Of a stretch of 64,000 nt of DNA, positions 20,009 through 29,125 are shown in pieces. Source of the DNA: Promethearchaeota archaeon (GTDB lineage: Archaea > Asgardarchaeota > Lokiarchaeia > Sigyniarchaeales > SOKP01); NCBI GenBank assembly GCA_048940925.1, contig JBHLOC010000027.1, forward strand, positions 8,884 through 72,883, in the 5' to 3' direction. The notes under the pieces are model-generated. The model ran no database searches. It was not told the origin of the DNA and saw only the letters and a program-made list of their open reading frames with translations. Each line of letters begins with the position of its first letter. Position 1 is the first letter of the stretch. Made by a program: the position numbers and the translations under genes.

Positions 20009-20422
20009 ATGCCTATAATATCGGTCTCTTTAAATGAGAGCCTTAAAAAGTTCATAAATAAATTGGTCTCGAAAAATAGATATGAAAACAAGTCAAAATT
20101 AATTCGAGACGCACTTCTGCGACTTATGTCGACAATGGATGTTTCTAGTCTTGAGATGTCCAGTGAAATTGCACCTATACCTAAAAATATTATAGGAAAT
20201 ATGATTATTGTTATTCCGAATGATTTTACGATTCAAAAAAAGTTAAATAAAATTGAAAATGAGTATAAGGATCAAATTGTAAGTAAGAATCAACACTACT
20301 TGGATAATAGTTTAACAATTTTCATGGTCTTCGAAGGAACACTCCAAGAATTTCAAAACCTTGTTGTCGAAGTAAACAGTATTGATGATATTAAGAATTT
20401 CAGATATTTAATTGTAAAATAA
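20009..20422 (+). CDS. Ribbon-helix-helix (CopG/NikR-like) regulator with ACT-like C-domain
   Basis: MPIISVSLNESL...YENKSKLIRDAL is an RHH signature. The Ni-binding His residues of NikR are not evident. Confidence 0.8.
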   Translation: MPIISVSLNESLKKFINKLVSKNRYENKSKLIRDALLRLMSTMDVSSLEMSSEIAPIPKNIIGNMIIVIPNDFTIQKKLNKIENEYKDQIVSKNQHYLDNSLTIFMVFEGTLQEFQNLVVEVNSIDDIKNFRYLIVK

Positions 20423-20505
20423 TTAATTTTTCTCTTATTTTTAGTATAATATTAAATTTTCATCTTTATATTTGAGTGCTTTTTAGAATTGTGTGTGTTA
20501 AAATT

Positions 20506-20868
20506 ATGGGAAAAAATAAATATGGAAAGGGATACCAAAAAAAAGATAAATCATCAACAAATAAGGGTTTTGGAAAAGAAGGAGCGCCGATTCGTGCTGG
20601 AAAGATAAAAGCTAGTCACATTTTGGTAGATAAATTTACCCGAGCTCAAGAGATATATGAAGATTTAAAAGCAGGTGAAGATTTTTCTAAACTTGCTCAA
20701 CAATATTCTAATTGTCCCAGTAAGAAAAGAGGAGGAAATCTAGGTGAATTCTCTAAAGGTGATATGGTACCTGAATTTTGGAATGCTTCTATAAAATTAA
20801 AAATTGGAGAAATTTCTCACCCGGTTAAAACTCAATTTGGATATCATATAATTAAACGGACGGGATAA
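20506..20868 (+). CDS. Parvulin-type peptidyl-prolyl isomerase
   Basis: IKASHILV, FSKLAQQYSNCPS, GGNLGEF, MVPEF and VKTQFGYHII. ATG at 20506 preferred over GTG at 20476. Confidence 0.93.
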   Translation: MGKNKYGKGYQKKDKSSTNKGFGKEGAPIRAGKIKASHILVDKFTRAQEIYEDLKAGEDFSKLAQQYSNCPSKKRGGNLGEFSKGDMVPEFWNASIKLKIGEISHPVKTQFGYHIIKRTG

Positions 20869-20876
20869 GAGAAGAA

Positions 20877-21007
20877 TAGCCCAGCACGGATTTTCGGTAA
20901 ACGAGATATTCATTATTTTTTCGAACCGTGGTCCAGGGGTATCTCCAAAATCTTAGATAGCCAGACTTATCAGGGCCCCCGATGATTGACCTCTACACCA
21001 CTGGGCT
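20877..21007 (-). tRNA. tRNA-Gln(CTG) with two 29-nt introns (37/38 at 20941-20969; 59/60 at 20891-20919)
   Basis: Acceptor AGCCCAG/CTGGGCT-A, D arm GTGTAGAGGTCAATCAT, anticodon stem GGGGG/CCCCT, T stem CACGG/CCGTG. Removing both introns gives 73 nt. Confidence 0.88.
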
Positions 21008-21119
21008 TTATATGATTATTTATAATTTGATAAATCTAAAAAACTTTCTCAATTTTTTAAGTTCAAATCTATATTTCATAAGTAAATTTAAATAAATATA
21101 TTTCTTTTTGAAAAATCAA

Positions 21120-22238
21120 ATGATATCCATGAATGAAAATAGAAATACAGACGTAAAACTTTTTGGATTTAAATTAAATCAAATCTCTTCTGTAATTCTT
21201 TTTATTCTATCTTTAACTTCTTTAATAGGTTATGTACCAACAATATATAGATATATACTAGATTTAATTCGGATATTACCAATAAATCCATTAGATGATT
21301 TGATAATTCTTTTAGTTGGTTTTATTTTTTTAGTGATTCCTTTTGCAATTTTATTTTATACATTAGTTTCTTGTTTGAAATGGAGGAAATATCATATGAG
21401 TAAGGGAATTAATGGAATAAAATGGTTTGGCTTTGAAATGAATAAAACTTCTGCAACTATTCTTTTATTAATATCATTAATAGGAGTAATTGGTTTTCTA
21501 GGTGGAATCTATGTATTAATTTACATTATTGTACATACTTGGAATAGATTCTTGGATTTTTCTAGATTATTTTATTCTTTCATCCCCCTTATATTAAATT
21601 TAATTGAAACAATCATCCTCGTCATGATTTATATATATACAATGCAGAGATGCTTAAGAATAAAGAGAAAAATTGAAAAAGATGATAAGATTACCATGAG
21701 TAGAAATAGAAATGAAGTAAAATATTTTAGATTTAAATTAAACCAGATCTCTGTAATAATTCTTTTTATTCTCGCTTTGATAGCGGTTATAAATTTGATG
21801 TATCCAATATTTTCCTCAATTTTGAATTTTAGACTTGCTATAATTCCAGTTGGTATTTTAATATTAAATTTAATGAGTTTCGTCTCGCTATTGATTTTTT
21901 TAATAATTTATATTTACACATTAGTTTCTTGTTTGAAATGGAGGAAATATCATATGAGTGAAGGAATTAACGGAATAAAATGGTTTGGCTTTGAAATGAA
22001 TAAAACCTCTGCAACCGTTCTTTTATTAATATCACTAATAGGATTTATTAGTTTTCTAGGTGGAATCTATGGACTAATTAATAACATCATATTTTCTTTT
22101 AAAATATACGACAATCTGTATCAAATATTTGACTATCTCAAATTTACCATAGTAAGTTTAATTGGAGATGTAATTACTTTACTTATTTACATTTATACAA
22201 TTCGAAGATGTTTAAAAGTAAGAATCTTGATGAAATAA
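21120..22238 (+). CDS. Membrane protein made of four ~90-aa two-TM repeats
   Basis: Each unit has a F[GR]F(K/E)(L/M)N motif and ends YT...CL(K/R). ORF track starts at TTG 21108; ATG at 21120 or 21129 is more likely. Confidence 0.75.
   Translation: MISMNENRNTDVKLFGFKLNQISSVILFILSLTSLIGYVPTIYRYILDLIRILPINPLDDLIILLVGFIFLVIPFAILFYTLVSCLKWRKYHMSKGINGIKWFGFEMNKTSATILLLISLIGVIGFLGGIYVLIYIIVHTWNRFLDFSRLFYSFIPLILNLIETIILVMIYIYTMQRCLRIKRKIEKDDKITMSRNRNEVKYFRFKLNQISVIILFILALIAVINLMYPIFSSILNFRLAIIPVGILILNLMSFVSLLIFLIIYIYTLVSCLKWRKYHMSEGINGIKWFGFEMNKTSATVLLLISLIGFISFLGGIYGLINNIIFSFKIYDNLYQIFDYLKFTIVSLIGDVITLLIYIYTIRRCLKVRILMK
21361..22045 (+). repeat. Intragenic direct repeat, ~125 bp near-identical, 558 bp apart
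   Basis: cattagtttcttgtttgaaatggaggaaatatcatatgagt...ggaataaaatggtttggctttgaaatgaataaaac occurs at 21361 and at 21919. Confidence 0.9.
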
Positions 22239-22286
22239 TTTTATACTTAGCATGAGGAAATATTTTCTAATTTCAAAACTTGGATA

Positions 22287-22359
22287 AAAGATATAGCGGA
22301 ATAAATTCACTATCTAGGGATTCAGAGTTCAATATTCTTGACTCCTATCCTACCAGGCT
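22287..22359 (-). pseudogene. Decayed intronless tRNA-Gln(CTG)-like pseudogene
   Basis: Reverse strand reads AGCCTGG TA GGAT AGGAGTCAA GAAT A TTGAA CT-CTG-AA TCCCT..., with broken stems. Its upstream flank matches the flank of the intact tRNA-Gln. Confidence 0.6.
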
Positions 22360-22535
22360 TTATATGATTTTTTAGTTTTTATAATTCGAACTCTCTAAAA
22401 AATTTTGCTTAATTTTTTTATTTTAATATTTTTGTGAATTAATCACTTTTAGACTTCATAAAAATAAGTTCTATAAGTTTTAACTTTTTTTGTCAAATAA
22501 GATAAATTTTTATAAAGTAAAGACTATTTATCTTC

Positions 22536-22709
22536 TTGGATTACACATACATCTTTTATGGAGGATATAAAAAGAACATATCAGTTTAAAAAACTATTTT
22601 TTTAAACCCCGTGAGATTTGCGGCTACACGCCGTATTTCGGGAAACTGGAAAAAAACCCCGTGTAAAAACTGAAAAACTTTTAAAATTAATCCTCCTAGT
22701 GTAATCCAA
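22536..22709 (+). ncRNA. Candidate structured non-coding RNA (~170 nt), family unknown
   Basis: Nested inverted repeats TTGGATTACAC/GTGTAATCCAA, GGAGGAT/ATCCTCC, TCAGTTT/AAACTGA and a GC-rich apical hairpin. TATA-like TTTATAAA at 22509-22516. Confidence 0.5.
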
Positions 22710-22804
22710 CCTTATCCATATTATAATCATGTGATATAGGGATAACTCTTCCTCTTAGAAAAAGAAGTTAAGATTTTCTCATACTTAAAAAAAGATTAAT
22801 ACTC

Positions 22805-23728
22805 TTATACCTTCTCACTTCTTTCTTGTCTTCTCTTTTGTCTCTCTCGTATTCTTTGTAATCGCGGACTTGGCCCTTTTGGTAAACCAATAAAAGGATC
22901 GATAGGGACTTCAGAATTTCGGTGAAATTTGTAAAAATCATTATCAGGGTAAAGTGTGTCATTTAACATTACAAGGTTTTTCATGTGCCCAAAATAGCTT
23001 TGGGCTTTCTTTAATGGCATTTTATACTCATTTTCATTGAAGAATATGTTATAATCTAGATCTAAATATTCTATGTTTGTTAAGTTTTCTAGATTTTCGA
23101 TTAAACTGATTTTATTTTCATAAAGATATAAGCGTCTTAATTGATGTAAATTATCTAAACCTTCAATTTTTTCAATCTGGTTATTTTGTAAATGTAATTC
23201 CTTTAGTTTATCGAATTGTTCTAAACCTTCAATTTTAGGTATCATATTATCTATGAGAATAAGAGTTTCTAAATTTTTCAAACCTTTAAAATTAGGAATT
23301 CTTCTTAATAGAACTCCAGATAGCCCAAGAGTTTTTAACAGTTTAAAAGGAGCATAATCACTATTTTTAAAAGAAAATTGATATGATCCTCTAGCCAATA
23401 AGGTAAATGTGAAGGATCTTAGTCGAGATAAATAGTGAACACAGCTAAGATTTTTAAATCTACAATTAATTAAATGAAGAGCAGTAATGGTTTGTGGAAT
23501 TGGATTGTTCACTACAAAATTTTCTAAATCAAAATGATATAACACAATTGTGTTTAATGGAAGCGAGGTAGTAAATCCCGTTAGAAATACTCTATCATAA
23601 TCATCAGGATTACCAGGATTTTGGATGACAAGTGTATTGTGTTCTAGGAATATTTTATCGTGATGAATTTCTCCATCTTCATAAATATATTTACAATGTA
23701 TATAATCATTATTTCGAATATTTGTCAT
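22805..23728 (-). CDS. Leucine-rich repeat protein (SDS22/internalin-like repeats)
   Basis: LETLILIDNMIPKIEGL, LKELHLQNNQIEKIEGL, LRRLYLYENKISLIENL. Confidence 0.88.
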   Translation of the reverse strand: MTNIRNNDYIHCKYIYEDGEIHHDKIFLEHNTLVIQNPGNPDDYDRVFLTGFTTSLPLNTIVLYHFDLENFVVNNPIPQTITALHLINCRFKNLSCVHYLSRLRSFTFTLLARGSYQFSFKNSDYAPFKLLKTLGLSGVLLRRIPNFKGLKNLETLILIDNMIPKIEGLEQFDKLKELHLQNNQIEKIEGLDNLHQLRRLYLYENKISLIENLENLTNIEYLDLDYNIFFNENEYKMPLKKAQSYFGHMKNLVMLNDTLYPDNDFYKFHRNSEVPIDPFIGLPKGPSPRLQRIRERQKRRQERSEKV

Positions 23729-23763
23729 AAAAATTTCTCACCATTCATAAATTAGTATTATGT

Positions 23764-24148
23764 TTAAGGAAATAAATCTGGTCGTCCTTCCTCGATCTGG
23801 AATTTTCTACTGGCTTCATAGCATTCCATACAGTACCATTTTTTTAAAACGGGATTATATGTCATGTCTTTATCAATTTTCATACATACAGGACAAAAAA
23901 TTATGGATGCATTAAAAGCGTAGCTCAACTCATTTTGTTTGGATGCTAATTTTTGTACTTCTTTATGCATTTTATGATATTCTGGATGATTTTTATTCCA
24001 AAAATTAGATGATTTTTGTATAATACCTTGTTGATCTAGCAAATCATTTATTACAGAGGATTCTGCTAAATTAAGCACTTCCCGTAAAACCATTCCTAAT
24101 TCTTTGTAATTGCGGATTCCTGATTCTTATTGTTCGTTTCTTTTTCAA
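23764..24148 (-). CDS. Small Zn-finger protein (CxxC...CxxC), probably frameshifted near 24087
   Basis: CPVC...WYCMEC in ORF 23764-24093. An upstream TTG (24148) with a GGGAG SD gives MKKKRTIRIRNPQLQRIRNG, which joins LREVLNLA if one T is removed from GGTTTTACGG. Confidence 0.6.
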
Positions 24149-24569
24149 TTTAAACTCCCAAACTAATCATTTTCTTGTAATATATAAAAAAATAAATATT
24201 CAAGCATGGTGAGACTTTCAACTTTCTCTAACATTATAATTTAATTTGCTTCTTAAATTGTGGAAAGATTTTATATAGCATGTCGAAATCAGTCTGACAT
24301 GAGAAAAATACTGAATATTTTTGCTGTTTAGTTATAAACATAAACCTAGTATTTAAAAAACTTGGAAATAGGATTAAGGTTAAAGTATTTAGAGGATAAC
24401 TCAGTTTTATGGAATAGATGTTCTATAATGGCAGGCATGTAAAAATGAGAAAACTTGAATTAGTCGAAAAGTTCTAGAATTATTAGTACATGTTTTAATT
24501 TATAATAATGTAAGATTTCAAAATTCTAAAAAAAATAAGAAAGGAAATAAAATTATTGTATTTTTTAAG

Positions 24570-26567
24570 TTAGATTACTTTTCCTACTCGATTCTTTTTA
24601 CGCAATATAATTATAGCCACAGAGGTCAATCCTATTCCGGCTGCTGTTATTATGACTGCAATAATAGTTATAGTAATGAGAGGAACTCCTTCAGCTCGTT
24701 TTCCTGTTTGTTTTCCCAATATCTCAGGATCTACGGCGAGATATGTTTCAAACAGTTTATCTTCGTATCCAAAGGCAGAAACCATCATTTTTAAGAGGAT
24801 TGGATTGTCTCCAGGTGCTACGGTTATTGGTTTTAAGGATACAGAATATAAGCCATTCCCAAGTTTAACAACATTTTCAGACACATCTGAATCATTCCAC
24901 CATATCTGAAATGTTGCATTGATAATTCCCTGACCAATCTCACTTTGGACTGTAAATGTGACGATAAATTCTGTAGATGTAAAAGACTGATCAATAATAT
25001 CTACATACAATAGATTATATGGAACATCTTTTATGACAACTACTTCTTCAAATCCTATATTATCAGCTTGATCAATAGCGTAAAATCTGAGAGTCACATA
25101 ACCATTTGGTATGGTATCCCATAGGGTTTGATTTATTATTCCAGATAATTTCATAAAAGTTATATTAGTCTTACCTCCATCTATCGTATACCAATTTTTG
25201 TCTAAATTTAATTCTTCGACGGATATTGCATAAACAGGAGCAAGTTCTCCGAACACAAAATTATTAATGGGAGAATTGATCTCTATTACTGGGACTTGAA
25301 GATCTTTAAGAATAGTAACTTCAGCACAACTGAAATTACCAATAGTATTATTGACATAGAATTTTATCGATACAAATCCCTCTTCAAGCGTATCCCACTC
25401 AGTTTGGTTTATTATTCCATAAGATCCCTCAAATGTATAATTAGTAAGACCATTATCTAAGGTGTACCATGAAGTGTTGAAAATTGGGAAGTTTATTGAG
25501 ACATTGAAACTTGGAGCCATCGATCCAAAAACATCACCTGGATTAGGTGAATTTATTATAATAATATGTGGTCCATCATTCCAGATTGGATAATTATCTT
25601 GTCCAACCATAAAAGTATAGGGAGAATCACCAATACCATCGTCATCCACGTCAATGCCCTCATAATCATCCCAATAATTCCCTATAGAGCCATTATCCCA
25701 ATTATTTTGATTAAATGCTAGATCTTCTGCATTAATCGCATTTCCAGTAAAGTTATTTCTATAAAAAAGATTATTATTGCAATCATTAGTGTCTATATAT
25801 ACACCCCTATTACTATTAGTGATATTATTTTGAATGAATTTATTGGAATCACAATCAGAATCTAAGTCTATTCCTATTTGAGTGTTGCCATTTATATTAT
25901 TTCTTAAAATCGTGTTCGAATTGCAATTGTTCATTAAGATAATCCCCATATCTTGATATGATGTGCCATAATTACTTGCTATGTTTTCTGAGAGGATATT
26001 AATAGAACAGTCTGCCCATAAATATATTCCACCAAAGTTATTATTATTTACTGTATTTTTATAAATAGTATTATTTACGCAAGTGAGTAATAATAATATA
26101 CCATTTTCTCCATTGTTTGAACAATTGTTATTTACCAAGGTTCCATTATTCGTATTTTCTAATTTGATTCCCGCATCCTGTTGAGCACTCGCCGCATTGT
26201 AAACCGTGCAATTTCTAATAATAAAATAATCAGTTTTGGAATTTGCTATATAGATTCCACTTCCTGTAGGAGAACTACTTGCATCAATAGTAATATTTTC
26301 AATGATATAGGGATTGCTCCATGTACCATTACCACTGCACCATTCAAAATTTAATGCTGTATATGACCAATTATTAGGAATACTACCATCAACATGGATA
26401 AAAGATTCGGAATAACCACCAGAATTTTTCGGGTTTTTTATTTTAATCTCGTCGAGAACGTCATAGGTCTCAAGATCCATACTTAAATTAACACTACTAA
26501 TAAGCGAAAATGCTAAACTTATCCCCAAGAATATAATAATTCCTTTTGTTTTGCTAAATTTTCTCAT
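24570..26567 (-). CDS. Cell-surface protein: NosD/CASH right-handed beta-helix, Ig-like repeats, C-terminal TM anchor
   Basis: Signal peptide, GNGTWSNPYIIEN, Asn-rich GIxL repeats, GNYWDDY...DDDGIGDSPY, two I.INSP...WYT(L/I)D repeats, TM followed by RKKNR. Confidence 0.85.
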   Translation of the reverse strand: MRKFSKTKGIIIFLGISLAFSLISSVNLSMDLETYDVLDEIKIKNPKNSGGYSESFIHVDGSIPNNWSYTALNFEWCSGNGTWSNPYIIENITIDASSSPTGSGIYIANSKTDYFIIRNCTVYNAASAQQDAGIKLENTNNGTLVNNNCSNNGENGILLLLTCVNNTIYKNTVNNNNFGGIYLWADCSINILSENIASNYGTSYQDMGIILMNNCNSNTILRNNINGNTQIGIDLDSDCDSNKFIQNNITNSNRGVYIDTNDCNNNLFYRNNFTGNAINAEDLAFNQNNWDNGSIGNYWDDYEGIDVDDDGIGDSPYTFMVGQDNYPIWNDGPHIIIINSPNPGDVFGSMAPSFNVSINFPIFNTSWYTLDNGLTNYTFEGSYGIINQTEWDTLEEGFVSIKFYVNNTIGNFSCAEVTILKDLQVPVIEINSPINNFVFGELAPVYAISVEELNLDKNWYTIDGGKTNITFMKLSGIINQTLWDTIPNGYVTLRFYAIDQADNIGFEEVVVIKDVPYNLLYVDIIDQSFTSTEFIVTFTVQSEIGQGIINATFQIWWNDSDVSENVVKLGNGLYSVSLKPITVAPGDNPILLKMMVSAFGYEDKLFETYLAVDPEILGKQTGKRAEGVPLITITIIAVIITAAGIGLTSVAIIILRKKNRVGKVI

Positions 26568-26748
26568 TCTATTTCACCCAAAATTTATTGAATTATATAG
26601 AAAAATGACTTTTATGTATTTAATGATTGTGTATTCTATACATGTATCTAACACTCTTACATTTTTGTTCAAAAATCTTTGATTTTTTATAATAAAAGAT
26701 AAGCTATTTTATTTAGGGGTGAATAAAGAATATACTGATAAAATAGAA

Positions 26749-27960
26749 TTAGGTAGACTTGCTAAATTTGTCATATATTTCAGAAAAATACTTATCAGAC
26801 ATTCCTGCTATATAATCACGAGCGATAAGTGGTAGATTATTTTTTTCTTTTAAGGGTAAATAATATGTGGAATAATTCACATCATCAATATATTCAATGT
26901 GGTCTTTAAAAATAGGAGAATTATAATTATTTTCTTCTAAATCAATTAAACTTTTTTCAAAGATTAGCTCAAATTTTTCGTGTAATTTGTCTATAAATGT
27001 TCTCTGAGATGAATTTTTTTTACGTAAATTCCTTCTAGTATAAATCTTTTCATAATTAAATGCTTTCAATTCCTTTAAAGCTTGGAAAATTTCATCATTA
27101 TATCCAATTACATCATTATCTATACTGAAATTTAATAAATCTGTAATTAGTGAATTAATAATTTTAGGATTTGTGTCTCCAAGCAGTTTTTTACATGGTT
27201 CAGGGATATCATTCCTGCTGATTAACTTTAATAATATAGCATCTTCAATATCTCTTCCAATGTAAGCAATAGTATCTGAAAATCTTACTACAATTCCTTC
27301 ATAGGACATTGGAATTCTCTTAATTTTGTTGTATTTTAAACTATCTTCATATTCTTTAAAATGATCTTTCCAAGTTTTCCCATTTCTCTTAATTGGTTCC
27401 AACTTTCGTTCATTTACCTCACCGTCATGGCAAAGAATCCCATCGAGAACTTGTAAAGTTAAGTTAAGTCCTTTTGCAGGTTTATTGGGAAATTTTCTTT
27501 CAAGGTACGATAACCAACGTATAGCTTGCCCATTATGGCAAAAAGTTCCCATTTTATATTTCTTACTTATATCATTAAGTATTTCTTCACCTAAATGTCC
27601 ATAGGGAGCATGTCCAACATCGTGTCCAAGGGCAATTGCTTCTATTAGATCAGTGTTTAATCTTAAAACATGTCCTATCTGTCTACTAATTCTTGATACT
27701 AATATCACATGTAAGGATCTATGCGTTATATTAGCGTTATTTATTTCAAAGAAAACTTGTGTCTTATCTATATAGCGGGAATAAGCCTTTGAATGGACAA
27801 TTCGATCAACATCTCTAAAGAAAGGGGGCCGGATATCCTCATTATCTTCGTTATCCTCAAAGTTATATCTAATAGCTTCTGAGTCTAATATTCCAAGTGG
27901 GCCAATATTATCATCCCACCCCATTCGTGTTCTTAATAAATCAATAGTTTTTTTATCCAT
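26749..27960 (-). CDS. HD-domain dGTP triphosphohydrolase-like protein
   Basis: RDVDRIVHSKAYSR..DKTQVF, HRSLH, ALGHDVGHAPYGHLGE and DYIAGMSD. Confidence 0.9.
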   Translation of the reverse strand: MDKKTIDLLRTRMGWDDNIGPLGILDSEAIRYNFEDNEDNEDIRPPFFRDVDRIVHSKAYSRYIDKTQVFFEINNANITHRSLHVILVSRISRQIGHVLRLNTDLIEAIALGHDVGHAPYGHLGEEILNDISKKYKMGTFCHNGQAIRWLSYLERKFPNKPAKGLNLTLQVLDGILCHDGEVNERKLEPIKRNGKTWKDHFKEYEDSLKYNKIKRIPMSYEGIVVRFSDTIAYIGRDIEDAILLKLISRNDIPEPCKKLLGDTNPKIINSLITDLLNFSIDNDVIGYNDEIFQALKELKAFNYEKIYTRRNLRKKNSSQRTFIDKLHEKFELIFEKSLIDLEENNYNSPIFKDHIEYIDDVNYSTYYLPLKEKNNLPLIARDYIAGMSDKYFSEIYDKFSKST

Positions 27961-28042
27961 TGTTTATTTCATATAAAATCGATTAGTATCTAGTTTAAAA
28001 AATCAAATGATTACTATAAATTTTTGTCAATTTTGCAGACAT

Positions 28043-28990
28043 CTAACCAAATTTTATATCGATTGCATTATGAGGACATGATTCCTTACACTTGAGACAC
28101 AAATTACACTCACCACGCCCAGTAAAAAACTCAAATGGTTCATCCAGGATTCTTATTTGTTTTGGACATACTCTTTCACATATACCGCATTCAGTTCTAC
28201 CCACACACCTTACGGGACTACGTGTGAGTTTTAAAAATGAGTAATCACTTATCGCAGATGCGACTGCTCCAAATGGACAAAAATATCTACAATAAACCCG
28301 AGGATACCATAATGATAGAACTATGAGAATTAGATAAAAAAAGAATATAAAAAATACGAGAAAATTAGAGAATATTGGTGCTATACTACCAGTTTTTATC
28401 ATTTCTTTAATCATATTGGGGAAAAATACAAAAATATATTCAGATAAAGAAAAATAACCTAAGGGTTTTTCTCCTAAATCTCCTATATTATTTCTATAAT
28501 CAAAATAAAAATTGAAATTAGTTGTTCTTGTGACTCCTAGAGGAATTACAATTATGATAAGAATAGTTACTAAAACATATTTTATTTTTAATAAAGAATT
28601 ATGAGTGCTGGTTTTAATTTTTTTCTTTTTGGTTGGTACCGCAATGCACAAATCTTGAATAGTTCCTATTGGACATACCCATCCACAAAAAAATCTATTA
28701 GAAAATAGGATTATCAATATTAGAACACCTATAAGAAAAAATGGAATTATACCCTCTGTAATAAAGAAGAAGATGTACTCCAACATTCCTGCTCCAGTCG
28801 AAAAAGGATTTCTTGGTGAATTTAGAACAGGAAGTATTTTAACGAGTCCCTCAAAACTTAATAAATTAATAGTAAATATCAATTCTAAAAATACATAGTT
28901 AATCACGATAAATGCAATAATTTGAACAGAATGCCTTAGTATTGTTGTCGATCGATTTTTAATCTTTTCACTTAAACCTTTAATATTCAA
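28043..28990 (-). CDS. Membrane 4Fe-4S binding protein (NapH/MauN family)
   Basis: RFFCGWVCPIG, YCRYFCPFG and two C-terminal ferredoxin Cys clusters. Confidence 0.9.
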   Translation of the reverse strand: MNIKGLSEKIKNRSTTILRHSVQIIAFIVINYVFLELIFTINLLSFEGLVKILPVLNSPRNPFSTGAGMLEYIFFFITEGIIPFFLIGVLILIILFSNRFFCGWVCPIGTIQDLCIAVPTKKKKIKTSTHNSLLKIKYVLVTILIIIVIPLGVTRTTNFNFYFDYRNNIGDLGEKPLGYFSLSEYIFVFFPNMIKEMIKTGSIAPIFSNFLVFFIFFFYLILIVLSLWYPRVYCRYFCPFGAVASAISDYSFLKLTRSPVRCVGRTECGICERVCPKQIRILDEPFEFFTGRGECNLCLKCKESCPHNAIDIKFG

Positions 28991-29125
28991 AAACTACCAC
29001 ATACTGCTATTTTAAAAAGATTAATTAATACTGTTTAAAAAAATTAATTTTTGTCTTAAAAGAATGAGAAAAAATCTTTTATATAAAAAAAATCTATTTG
29101 AACTATTTCATTTATCTCAATGATA

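Noticed and set aside
22600-22670. Replication origin (ORB) or mini-CRISPR
   Set aside because: Only two 10-bp repeats, orientation does not match the ORB consensus, and no cdc6/orc1 or cas gene is nearby.
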